Part shown: positions 23,628 to 33,400 of the stretch, one piece after another
Layout: each line of letters starts with the position of its first letter
How positions within the stretch are numbered: position 1 is the first letter of the stretch
Virus record (IMG/VR): IMGVR_UViG_3300008110_000439
Span: 1 to 51,557 of that record
Reading direction: 5' to 3' (one strand)
Origin: a virus
Taxonomy: Duplodnaviria; Caudoviricetes
Length of the DNA: 51,557 nucleotides
Made by a program: the position numbers and the translations under genes
Notes under the pieces: generated by a model
The model's input: the letters and a program-made list of their open reading frames with translations, nothing else
The model's database searches: none
What the model was told of the DNA's origin: nothing

Positions 23628-23890
23628 CAGCGAACCTGTGCAGAGGGGCTGTGCTCAAAATGCAGTTTGGGTGAAGCGGCGTTGATAGCGAAGGGAATAA
23701 GGAAGCTCAAACCGATGGCGAGACCTACGCCGATAGCTACCCGGGTTTCAATTTCGCGGAGGCGGGAGAACACAGCAGCCATATCGCCGCGTTTTTCGCT
23801 GAGTTGGATCAGCACAGTTTCGAGCTTGCCCTCTAAAGAACCAAGCTTGTGGTAAATGTCCCCATGCGAGACATCATCTGCTGGTGGCAT
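23627..23890 (-). CDS. coiled-coil plus transmembrane protein (holin/hemolysin XhlA-like)
   Basis: LGSLEGKLE...RLREIETR followed by a TM helix. Confidence 0.55.
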   Translation of the reverse strand: MPPADDVSHGDIYHKLGSLEGKLETVLIQLSEKRGDMAAVFSRLREIETRVAIGVGLAIGLSFLIPFAINAASPKLHFEHSPSAQVR

Positions 23891-23916
23891 GGGGATAATT
23901 ACGCCTCGGTAGTAGC

Positions 23917-24117
23917 CTAGCAATCCACAGCGTCAGCATATTCGGGCTGGGTTTTGAGCCAGGCGTAGCCGATGGCTAGCGGGTTGTCGCCGGGCTGTAG
24001 TTCGCTGGTGGGTGCGAACACTGTGCGGTCGTAGACCGGGCTGGCATTCTCGTTGCGGGCATCAGCGTTGGCGTAATGCGAAACCTGCATCAGCGTCTGC
24101 TCTTTGTCGCAGCGCAT
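23917..24117 (-). CDS. tail fibre assembly-like protein, probably 5'-truncated
   Basis: C-terminal Y.WLKTQPEYADAVDC pattern; follows the fibre genes. Confidence 0.55.
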   Translation of the reverse strand: MRCDKEQTLMQVSHYANADARNENASPVYDRTVFAPTSELQPGDNPLAIGYAWLKTQPEYADAVDC

Positions 24118-24148
24118 CAGGGTGATGCGGAAATTATGGGTGCGTGAC

Positions 24149-25243
24149 CTAGAAGGTCATTTCGACAGTATCTAGTCTACATACCCACCTGATAGGAGTC
24201 GCAGCTGCCCCATACGCATAAACCTCTAAACAGTTTAAGGTTGAATTTAGACCCAAACCCACGTACCAATTTACGGTATTGGTATCGCCGTGTGTTTTGT
24301 TGACTTGCGCAGGAGACATTATGGTTATGCTGCCCAAAGTGGACCCACATTTCACAACTACTTCAAAACTCCAGCGGGCAGCGTCGCCCCCATCGGTGAC
24401 ACCAGCGATTACGTCACCGCGTACTGAGTACAAGCTATTCAGTGGCACGGTTAATTGATTGCTGGACGATGGAGAGCTTGTATTAGATTTTAACAACATT
24501 GGAGTAGAATCTGTGGTTTGTCCTCCGAGAACTAGTGTTGCCGTTTGTGAGGTGCCATAGTTATATGACCCAAGCGGATTTGCACTCGCTGGATTAACGC
24601 AATAGCCTACAATGCCGCGCGTTGTTCCATAAACTCCTCCTACCACAGCAGAAGCTTCACTATTTGCAAGGTGTGCCTCTCCGCCAATGACAACAGCTTT
24701 GTCGGCTGTTATTTGGCTGGATGAGCCGCCAACGCACGTCGAGTAGAGTCCACTGACATAGTTGCCGTAACCAATAGCTACTGACGCAAAATTACTTGCC
24801 GTACACCCGTCTCCATAACTAAGTGATACCATCCCAGAAGAAATATTATACTGACCTCCGATAATGGAGGACGCAAAACCGCTTGCTGAGTTATATCTAC
24901 CCCCGAGGATACTGGCATAGTCTCCGGTTGCCGCTTCAGTTCCTAACCAGCGGCTTTTTTGAAAGTCTGTCGCGTATTCTCCCCTCTTGTTGCCGCCTGT
25001 AGCTGTTCCGTCGGGTACTTGCGCTAGTGTTGCACCGGTACCCTTTGCAGCAAGTGCAACATCAAGGTTGCTGTAGCTCGCGTCAGTAGCAGTTAAGGCA
25101 TCAACTGGTCTCGTGTTATTGGGTGAGGCGGTACCTTCACTTTCGACAAAATGGGTGAGACCTCCTCCTGCAAAGTTGGGTAAGTTAAGTGTGCCAGTTG
25201 TTGCTGTAATGGTGTCTGTCTTGTGGTTGATGTTGATAGCCAT
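24149..25243 (-). CDS. tail fibre/adhesin paralogue B (Hep_Hag/YadA-like repeats)
   Basis: GG..N.ASG..S repeats; shares AKGTGATLAQVPD and the C-terminal domain with 25243-26436. Confidence 0.8.
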   Translation of the reverse strand: MAININHKTDTITATTGTLNLPNFAGGGLTHFVESEGTASPNNTRPVDALTATDASYSNLDVALAAKGTGATLAQVPDGTATGGNKRGEYATDFQKSRWLGTEAATGDYASILGGRYNSASGFASSIIGGQYNISSGMVSLSYGDGCTASNFASVAIGYGNYVSGLYSTCVGGSSSQITADKAVVIGGEAHLANSEASAVVGGVYGTTRGIVGYCVNPASANPLGSYNYGTSQTATLVLGGQTTDSTPMLLKSNTSSPSSSNQLTVPLNSLYSVRGDVIAGVTDGGDAARWSFEVVVKCGSTLGSITIMSPAQVNKTHGDTNTVNWYVGLGLNSTLNCLEVYAYGAAATPIRWVCRLDTVEMTF

Positions 25244-26436
25244 CAGTAGGTCATCTCCGTAGTGTTGATTTTGCAGACCCAGCGGATTGTGGTGGCTGCT
25301 GCGCCTGTGACGGTGACGGCAATGCCGCCATTGGTGGTGTCAGCGGTGACGGCAACGGTCCAAGCGGTAGCGCCGGTGTCATAGGCAATGCGATCCAAAA
25401 CGACCGTGCCCACGACGGCGGTACTAGCAGCGGTGGCGCCGCGCTTGATCGCGCCTTTGAAGTTCCATGCGGCTGTATCACCAGCACCGGTCACGCCAGC
25501 GATCACCTCACCCGAGAAGCTGTAGGCGCTGTTATTGGGAAGGATGACTTGGTTGGTGGTGCCTGCGGCGCTGGTGTTGCTGGTGAGGACTGTTGCGGTG
25601 GCGTCAGTGGTTTGGCGGCCTAGGAGAAGGAGGGCAGATTGGGTGACGCCACCAGTAGAAGCAATAGGTGCGTTGCAAGCGGCAAAAACGTGATAGCCCG
25701 TAATTTGTCGAGAAAGTCCAAATCTTCCTCCAGGAATTACACTATATATTCCGTTTGCGAGATTTTCCGATCCTCCGCCAACGGTTGATGAATTAAAAGA
25801 AGCAGTATTGCTAAAACCTCCCGCAACCGTTGTATATGCGTTGCTTGCCAAATTGCTTTGTCCACCCCCCACAAACGAATACTGCCCACTCGCCGTATTG
25901 GTGCTCCCCCCGCACACCGTTGCGTGGGTGCCGGTTTGAGCAACGTTGTTGAAGCCGCCGCCGACGAAGCTGTAGTTGCTTGAGGCGGTGTTACTTGCGC
26001 CGCTGCCGACGAAGCTGTAGGTACCAGAGGCAAGGTTGCTAGTACCTCCGGCAACAGTTGCATACGAGGCACTGGCAGTGTTTCTTTCGCCACCGCCAAC
26101 AGTGGGAGCAAATGCTGCGGCTGTAGAAGCAGTGTTGTATGAGCCACCAGCAATAGTTGCGTTTCTTGCAGACGCAACTTGCGAAGCGGTATCCCGCACC
26201 TTTTGCCAATCTGTCGCGCCAGTGCCACGCTTGTTGCCACCAACAATGGTTTCATCCGGCACCTGAGCCAGCGTTGCGCCTGTGCCTTTGGCCACCAGTG
26301 CGATGTCAGCGTTAGCCACACCAACTGGCGCTTCGCTGATCGCCGTCACCGGCACCGCACTATTTACGCCGCTGTTGAACAGCCTGGCAACAATCCGCAG
26401 TGACGATGACGCCCAGCCGACTGGGTTCAGGTTCAT
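25243..26436 (-). CDS. tail fibre/adhesin paralogue A (Hep_Hag/YadA-like repeats)
   Basis: Repeated 14-aa VGGG.SN.AS..YS units. Confidence 0.8.
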   Translation of the reverse strand: MNLNPVGWASSSLRIVARLFNSGVNSAVPVTAISEAPVGVANADIALVAKGTGATLAQVPDETIVGGNKRGTGATDWQKVRDTASQVASARNATIAGGSYNTASTAAAFAPTVGGGERNTASASYATVAGGTSNLASGTYSFVGSGASNTASSNYSFVGGGFNNVAQTGTHATVCGGSTNTASGQYSFVGGGQSNLASNAYTTVAGGFSNTASFNSSTVGGGSENLANGIYSVIPGGRFGLSRQITGYHVFAACNAPIASTGGVTQSALLLLGRQTTDATATVLTSNTSAAGTTNQVILPNNSAYSFSGEVIAGVTGAGDTAAWNFKGAIKRGATAASTAVVGTVVLDRIAYDTGATAWTVAVTADTTNGGIAVTVTGAAATTIRWVCKINTTEMTY

Positions 26437-26834
26437 GTCAGGTCACCCCCGAACGCCAGCACACGCACCGTACCGGTGGTGGGTGCAACCGTGATCGTGG
26501 CACCAAGCTTGTAGTTTGCGTTAGGTAGCACCAGATCGGTGTAGGCCGTCACCAGGCGGTAAGCCTTGACGGTGTTGCTACCGGTCGCGGCGCTGATCGT
26601 GATCTGATCGAACAGGTCCCAGTTGGCGCCGCCGTTAGGAGACAGAAACAAGTTGACAAGCGATGCCACTGTGGTCGCGGTGCCCTGCACGTTGACGCTC
26701 AGAATCCTGGTGCCAGCCGAGGCGCCAACAATCAGATCGCTGATCGTGCCGGTGCCATCGGTGGCGGTGTTTGCCGTGCTAAGCGATAGGCGGCCGATGC
26801 GTGGCGTGGAGATGAAGGCGGGTGAAGCAGCCAT
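26433..26834 (-). CDS. virion structural protein
   Basis: 133 aa, beta-rich, in the tail fibre cluster. Confidence 0.65.
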   Translation of the reverse strand: MAASPAFISTPRIGRLSLSTANTATDGTGTISDLIVGASAGTRILSVNVQGTATTVASLVNLFLSPNGGANWDLFDQITISAATGSNTVKAYRLVTAYTDLVLPNANYKLGATITVAPTTGTVRVLAFGGDLT

Positions 26835-26837
26835 GGC

Positions 26838-27038
26838 TCAGATGCAGTTGCTGTTGAGGTAAAGGTTGTCACCAACGGAGCTGCCACCTCCGCCGGCAGT
26901 GCCGATCTCCACCATCGCGCCAGCGGCGTTCTTGATGTACAGCTTGCCGGCCGTTTTGTCCCACGCAGGTTCACCAACGGCAAATGATCCTGCAGATGGG
27001 GTGGTGGTGCCCTGCCGTAGCAGGATAGTGTTGGCCAT
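26838..27038 (-). CDS. short fibre-related protein
   Basis: MANTILLR...GEPAWD....KLYI resembles the N-terminus of 27038-28366. Confidence 0.65.
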   Translation of the reverse strand: MANTILLRQGTTTPSAGSFAVGEPAWDKTAGKLYIKNAAGAMVEIGTAGGGGSSVGDNLYLNSNCI

Positions 27039-28366
27039 CAGAATGTGCCTCCGTCAATCGTTGCGTTGGGACTTAGGTAATCGGTGCCATCAACCGCTGC
27101 GGTGAAAGCGGAGGTGCCGTTGCCCTTGAGGATGCCGGTCAAAGTGGTGGCGCCGGTGCCCCCGTAGGCGACGGTCAGAGTGCTGCCGTTCCAGGTACCA
27201 GTTGTAATAGTGCCCAGCGTGGTAATGCTGGTTTGACCGACGTAGGTAGGGGCAATGTCAACGCCAGAACCGCTGACGCTGATCCGGTTACTTGTACCGC
27301 TGACCGAGAAGGTGTTGCCGGTCAGGCCCAGGCCGTTACCAGCCAGGTAAGTGCCAGCCCCCGAGAATTGCGCAAAGGCGACCGAGGTGCTGCCCAAGGT
27401 GCCGCCGGGGTCAGCGGTACAAACCCAGCCAGTGTCGCCGTTGACAGTGCCTTGCTCGACAAAGGTGAAGGCCGAGATGAACTCAGCCCAGGCATCCATG
27501 TCGGTGGATCGGGTCCAGGCGCCAGCCGCAACGATGTAGATGCCGTTCTGGCTGGCGGTGCTCTGGTTCTTGACCAGAACACGGTCGCCGGCAATCACGC
27601 TGATGCCGTCGATCGTCTGCGTGGCGGACAGGGTGATGCTTGCCGTGGTTGCCACCCTCACCGAGCTCTTCACGTCAAGGCCCTGGGCCACCGAGTCGAC
27701 GTACCCCTTGTTTGCCGCGTCGCTATCGGCCGTACAAAGCGCCAGGTTGGTGATTTTCTGGCTGTTGGCGGACACTGCGGCGGTGGGCGCCGCCATCTGA
27801 TCCAGACGGCTGGTGCGAACCTGGGTGTCGAAGTCGCTGATCTTGGCGGCGGTCAGCGTCGGGATGTCGGTCGCGCTGAGGGTGGTGCCGCTGGTGGCAC
27901 GCCCCTTAGCGTCGACGGTCACTTTGGTGTAAGTTCCGGCCGTGACACCACTGTTGGCCAGGGTCAACGTGACTGAGGTGCTGCCAGAGCCAGTCGCATC
28001 ACCCGTGAAGGTGATGTTCTGGTTGCCGGTGATGTACAACTGAGCCTTAACAAAGGCTGTGGTGGCGACCTTGGTGCTGTTGTCAGCAGTGAGCTGTGTT
28101 GAGGCAGTGGCGGTCGCGCCCGTGAGATCAACACTGCCCGTGAAGGTCTTATTACCGGAGACTGTCTGTGCGCTGCTTAGGGTTAAAAAGGCCCCTGAGC
28201 CGGCGATTGCTGGGGTAGTTGTCGCAGTGCCACCAGCACCGCCGGTGCCTTTGCCGTAGTAGAGGACATCATCGACCTCGTTGTAGGCGAGCTCGGCGTT
28301 GTCCAACGATGTGGGAGCACCGGGTGCGCCGCTGGTCCGTCGTTTAATGCGAAGTGTGTTGGCCAT
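27038..28366 (-). CDS. tail fibre protein
   Basis: AGTYTKVTVDAKGR, DAANKGYVD, GDRVLVKNQS...QNGIY motifs. Confidence 0.85.
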   Translation of the reverse strand: MANTLRIKRRTSGAPGAPTSLDNAELAYNEVDDVLYYGKGTGGAGGTATTTPAIAGSGAFLTLSSAQTVSGNKTFTGSVDLTGATATASTQLTADNSTKVATTAFVKAQLYITGNQNITFTGDATGSGSTSVTLTLANSGVTAGTYTKVTVDAKGRATSGTTLSATDIPTLTAAKISDFDTQVRTSRLDQMAAPTAAVSANSQKITNLALCTADSDAANKGYVDSVAQGLDVKSSVRVATTASITLSATQTIDGISVIAGDRVLVKNQSTASQNGIYIVAAGAWTRSTDMDAWAEFISAFTFVEQGTVNGDTGWVCTADPGGTLGSTSVAFAQFSGAGTYLAGNGLGLTGNTFSVSGTSNRISVSGSGVDIAPTYVGQTSITTLGTITTGTWNGSTLTVAYGGTGATTLTGILKGNGTSAFTAAVDGTDYLSPNATIDGGTF

Positions 28367-28638
28367 CAGAAGTTGCCTCCGTCAGCGAGGGTGGGGACGG
28401 TCCAGGTTGAATCCGCTTTGAAAACGGCGGAAGCGGCGTCGTAGTACACGATGCTTTTGTCTATTTTACTGACTTCATCAACCACAAGACCGCCTGGGCC
28501 AGTAGGGCCAGTAGGGCCTTGCGGTCCAACTGTGACTGCAGTGACGGTTGAAGTTACGGGGACAGTTACTACGGTGCTGCTGCCGTTTTCGGTGACGGTG
28601 ACGGTATTGGTTACGGCACTGACGTTGACGGTGGTCAT
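28366..28638 (-). CDS. short structural protein with a collagen-like stretch
   Basis: GPQGPTGPTGP; C-terminal DGGNF. Confidence 0.7.
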   Translation of the reverse strand: MTTVNVSAVTNTVTVTENGSSTVVTVPVTSTVTAVTVGPQGPTGPTGPGGLVVDEVSKIDKSIVYYDAASAVFKADSTWTVPTLADGGNF

Positions 28639-29045
28639 GCTGTGTAGCCCTCGGACACGTACACGATGCCCTCGAGGTAATACTCCTTCAGGCCGGAGGG
28701 GTTGGTGAGCAGTACGTCGTAGTACGCCTCGTCAGGGAATATGGCCGTTTGGTCGTCGGTTAGGGCGATGGCGATAGTGCCAGTAAGGCGGTTGGTGTAG
28801 GTAACCGTGAAGTCGGCGTATTTGCTGGTGCGGGCTTGGTTCCAGGCTTGGGCGGCGACGGTCCAGCCGGTCAGGTTGATTGCTGCGTCAGTGCTGTCTT
28901 TGAACTGCAGCGTGATGCTGTAGTCCGCCCGGCGCTGCAGGCTGATGTTGTAAGTGCCGGGCGAGATAGCCATGAACTGCAGCGTGATGCTGTAGTCCGC
29001 CCGGCGCTGCAGGCTGATGTTGTAAGTGCCGGGCGAGATAGCCAT
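28635..29045 (-). CDS. tail-associated structural protein with duplicated N-terminal 24 aa
   Basis: INLTGWT..AQ...YYDVLLT...YLEG.V.V pattern. Confidence 0.7.
   Translation of the reverse strand: MAISPGTYNISLQRRADYSITLQFMAISPGTYNISLQRRADYSITLQFKDSTDAAINLTGWTVAAQAWNQARTSKYADFTVTYTNRLTGTIAIALTDDQTAIFPDEAYYDVLLTNPSGLKEYYLEGIVYVSEGYTA
28902..29045. repeat. perfect 72-bp tandem duplication
   Basis: 28902-28973 identical to 28974-29045. Confidence 0.95.
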
Positions 29046-29054
29046 AAGTTCAGC

Positions 29055-29192
29055 TTAGCGTCCTTGACCTCTCCAAACTTTCTTACCGCGGCGCCGGGGA
29101 CGGCTGCGGGCGCCTTGGCCGATGCTGGTGGTTTTGGGCACCGGCTCTTTGCGGATGGTGCCGGAAAGGCCGGCTTTTGCTTTGACTGCCAT
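29055..29192 (-). CDS. small basic protein, 45 aa, not in ORF track
   Basis: MAVKAKAGLSGTIRKEPVPKTTSIGQGARSRPRRRGKKVWRGQGR; coupled to the upstream stop. Confidence 0.7.
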   Translation of the reverse strand: MAVKAKAGLSGTIRKEPVPKTTSIGQGARSRPRRRGKKVWRGQGR

Positions 29193-29389
29193 CAGTCTTC
29201 AGAAGTGGGGAGACCAAGCAGCTCGCGCAGCTCGGCGACGGACAGCCCGGCTGCTTCCAGTTTTTGTTCGGCGCTGAGTACTGGAGCTGGTTCGGGTTGT
29301 GGACGTGCTTCAATCTCAGCGATCTCTTCGGCAGTCAGCGGAATGGTTTCCTGTTCGCCGGTTTGGACGTTGATAACAGCGCGATACAT
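29192..29389 (-). CDS. tail fibre assembly-like small protein
   Basis: INVQTGEQETIPLTAEEI...EQKL...GLS..EL..LLG. Confidence 0.7.
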   Translation of the reverse strand: MYRAVINVQTGEQETIPLTAEEIAEIEARPQPEPAPVLSAEQKLEAAGLSVAELRELLGLPTSED

Positions 29390-29392
29390 GGT

Positions 29393-30418
29393 TCAGCCCT
29401 CGTAGAAAACGTTGATGTTGCCAGCGTCAAAAGTACCTGCTGCTGTTAGGGCAAGGCGAATGGATGTAAGTGGGTTAGCTAGTAGTATTTGAGCCGTTGT
29501 CCAACATGTGTACCCTGAGATATTGTCAAACATATACTGCCCGGTAATTACCCAAAGATTGCCACCTATGTTGTGTGCAACGACGGAACCCGATATACTG
29601 TTTGCGGTTCCTCCTCCCCACATAATAGCGCCGAGCCCACTGGTCAAGCCAGCGCTTGTTACACCACCTTGCAGTATATTTGTATTGCCAATATAATTGA
29701 TGACCTCAAAACCGTATGAAGTGCCTAGCTGAACCAGAAAATGATCCGAACTAGAACAGCTCATGGTTCTAAACACTAAAGTTACACGCTTAGCCCAAGT
29801 GGGTATGCCAAGAAATTCTACTGTTGTGGGTGTAAAGACAGGAGCAGTGGGATTCTGCATAGTGCCGCGGTTAAGCAGCCCTGAACCACCGTTAAGGGTG
29901 GATGCTCCTAAAGCAGTAAATGTGCCATCAACGCTGACCGTATCTGTTCCTGCATCTACTTTGAATAGATCGGGCTTGGTATCGCCCTCAATCCTGAAGT
30001 CAACGTCAGCGCCGCCATCGTTGAACACCACCTCGGTGGAGCCGAGGAAGTTGACGCGCTGGACGCCCGCGGTGGTAATGGCTACTTGGTCAGTGCCAGG
30101 GCTATAGACGCCGGTATCGGTACCGCTGTCCTTGAAGTACAGCGACGGTGCAGCAGCCGTGCCGTTTTCCAAGGCAATGCTTGTCCACTCACCATCGAGC
30201 TGATACAGCGTGATCCAGCCGCTGTTGGCACCGTTGCGGATTTTGTAAAGCCCTGTTGAGGTATCCGCCCACGGCATGTAGGCGACTGTTTCTGGTGGTG
30301 CGGTCGCGCTGCTGTTTTGTGAGAACAGCGCCAAGAAGGCATCGTTCAGGTCTGCGCGTACAGCCGAGCCATTCCCGTTAGGGATTACGTCTGTACCAGT
30401 CCAGTCGTAGGTGGCCAT
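29393..30418 (-). CDS. tail fibre protein
   Basis: VRADLN.A..AL...NS; GTAAAPSL.F...DTGVY; VVFNDGGADVDFRIEGD. Confidence 0.8.
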   Translation of the reverse strand: MATYDWTGTDVIPNGNGSAVRADLNDAFLALFSQNSSATAPPETVAYMPWADTSTGLYKIRNGANSGWITLYQLDGEWTSIALENGTAAAPSLYFKDSGTDTGVYSPGTDQVAITTAGVQRVNFLGSTEVVFNDGGADVDFRIEGDTKPDLFKVDAGTDTVSVDGTFTALGASTLNGGSGLLNRGTMQNPTAPVFTPTTVEFLGIPTWAKRVTLVFRTMSCSSSDHFLVQLGTSYGFEVINYIGNTNILQGGVTSAGLTSGLGAIMWGGGTANSISGSVVAHNIGGNLWVITGQYMFDNISGYTCWTTAQILLANPLTSIRLALTAAGTFDAGNINVFYEG

Positions 30419-30421
30419 GAA

Positions 30422-33400
30422 CTACGCGCCTTTGCCGTATCCTAACGCCGACCATGCAAACAGTCGATCTACTGCGGTTCCGCCACTGTTGCGGAAGGTC
30501 ACGTCGAAGCCGTTTTTAGTGACGTTGGTTACGTTGAAGTAGTCGCCGGATTGCAGGTTCTGAGCGGTAATGCCGATGGACGGTAGAACGGTGTTAACTC
30601 CGCCCAGCACAGCTGTGCCGGTCCAGTAGGGGTTGTCAAAGGTGATGCTCTTGGTGCCCGCTCCGCTCTGCACTGCAACTATGGAGCTTTCGATGCGGCG
30701 CTGGAAGGATGCCTTGTAGCCCAGCTCGTAACAGGCATACGCTTGTGCCGGATCAGACATTGCGGCGTCGAGCTTGAACTGGAATGCGCGTGCTGTGAAA
30801 GTACCGTTGCCGAACTCTTGGTAATTACTCCACGTTGGCGATCCAGTCGGGTCATCGTCGGTGGTGCGCACGCAGATCTTGGAGTTCGCCTGACCGGCCA
30901 CGGCACTTTCAAAGTTTGTCCACGTATCAATGAGTTCGGTTCGTGCGTCGATCAGGTCAGACGGGTAGAAACCGCCACCAACAAGATGACGACGAATGTC
31001 TAATGAATATTTAGCCCCAAGATCTAGGATGTCGTTAAAGACGTATGTGCCAGTTGTTGCAGTATCGCCGTAATAGTCTAAGTCTGCAAGTAAGTCGAAA
31101 TCTGGAATAGTATCAAATAATGCCGTGCCGCCGAGCGTCAAAGCTTGGTACGCAGCACTATAGAAAAGATTTGTACTTTCACCTAGAAATGGTGGAACGG
31201 TTGTGTCCTCCCGCCTGTCGATGACAGGTAATGCGCTGAGTGGATCAGGCAGGTCAGCAATGACGCTGGCTTCGGCGAGGCTCTGTTTGCCGCTGCTGTC
31301 TTCAAATTTGACGATATATTCGCCTTCAACCATTGGCACAATTGCCTCAGTGCTGTAGCCAGGCACTGCAGGGATGAGATCCTGCGAGGTGGCCCATGTG
31401 CCAGTGCCGTCTACGACGCTGGTGTGGCGAATGTGGACACGGCCACCCACTTTTACGTCGAGGTCAGTCGTAGCGTCCCAGCGCAATCGGGCTGAGTTGG
31501 CGCTGATCTGCTCAAGGGTGAGGTTTTGTACGCCAGCCGGTTCAATTAGTTTGCCGCGTGCGGATACATCTAGTCGGGCTGCTACTACCGAGGGGAACTT
31601 TCCGGCATTCAGTCCATAAACAAGAACTTCGTAATCGCCTGGTGCGGTGTCATAAATGACGTACTCTTGCGTGGTGACTGTGCCCTGTGTCCAGTTGCCG
31701 TCTTTTCGGCGCCACTGCACGCGATATTCGACGGCATTTACTTGGCCGCGTTCGTTGACAGGTGCGTTGACAGGTGCTAGCCAGCTAATAATGAGTTTGG
31801 AAAGGACTTGCCCTGTTTCTTCATACAAAATCTCCGAAAATGTAAGTGCCCTAGGTGTGCCGGCTGGTTCGTTTAAATTGGTAATGTCGCGTTCTTCTAG
31901 CGCTGTGCCGCGTTCGATGTAGTCGTACTTGCTGGCGTTGTAGGCAATAGCGCTGATGGCATAGGTGGTGCCGTCTTGCTCTTGTACGCTGAGCACTCGC
32001 CAAGTTGAGGTTTCAATGTCGTCGGTCTGGTAGATCCAGACACTGTTGGAATTGGGGGTTACGGAGAAGGCAGTGTCAACTGTGATGACGTTGCCTGTGA
32101 TGCCTGCAATGCTGCGTGTCTCGACACTGCCATTAGGCAGGATGACTGATAGATCAGCCCCTGGCACCGTTAGGCCAATGGCATCATCAACCGTGATGGT
32201 TGTTGTAGTTGCGCTGGAAATGCGTCCACCACGTCTGGCGCCCGCTCTTACAGGATCCGCTACTTCAATGATCTGTCCGGGGCGCACCAGCACGCCGGCT
32301 TCGATGGAAGCATTGAAACTGATGATTTCACCTTCGTAGCGTTCAGAGTACAGAAGCCATTCACCAATGCGATAAGCCTGACCGCGACTGGTACAGGCAA
32401 AAGCACTGATTTCAGTTTTTACAACGCCATACTTTTGGATGCCCTCGGCATCTTCAACTACTTCATAAGCAATATCGCGACTGTCGATATCTAGGTAACT
32501 AACTACACAAACTGTGGGGCGCGTTTTGCGGCTAGCACCTTGGTAACTAAAACCATCCTCGGTAACATTTGCCAGCGTAAACAGATAGGCCGTATCTGCA
32601 GGTTTATCTTGGCTGATGGTTAGTGCGCCAGTGCTCCAGTACGGCATGGCCCGGAACACTGAGCACATGTCGTTGATCAGCTTGTATGCCTCTTCTGCTG
32701 TCTGGATGTTGATGTTGCAGGAGAAGCGCGGCTCGAAACCGCCAAAACCGTCAGGTACCAACGCCGAGGCGTACTGGCTCGCGGCATAGAACGCAAACTT
32801 ATCTAGTTGGACAGCTTGGATATGGTCGCCGAATCCGTAGCGTTTGCTGGTAAGCAGGTCCCATAAAATCCAGGCCGGATCAGAGCACCACTGCGCCGCG
32901 CCGAGGGTGCCGTTCCAGATGCCGGCATAAATCAAACGGCCTGTAACAGGATCTACCGTCGCATTACTTGGAATGCGTACCTTGATACCGCGGATCAGGT
33001 AGGAACGGGAAGGTATGCTGCTGAACTGTTCAGCGTCAATGCGTAGCCAAACTAGTGCGCTGTTTGGGTATTTGAGTTTGCCGTAAACAATCTCTGTGTA
33101 AGAAGTCCAGTTGAACGCATTAACAACTTTGGGATCTGTGCTGTCAGGTCGGTCGCGCTCTACCTTGATAGTCAGGGGGTAAACAGGTGCCAGATTGATT
33201 AGGTAGTCGCGCTGATACGCGTCAGCGGTCCGGCCGATAAAGGTATCCGTAACGGCTAGCGTGTCACCGCCACCATTGTAATTTACATAAATACGCAGGC
33301 CAACTTGTGATCCAAGGACATCGCCTTCGTTTGTGAATGTCTGCAGCTGCGGAACCGTAATGGTTATGCGGACTGCATTTACAGACGTGTCACTAATGGT

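Noticed and set aside
24149-26436. Diversity-generating retroelement acting on the fibres
   Set aside because: No reverse transcriptase and no near-identical TR/VR pair differing only at adenines
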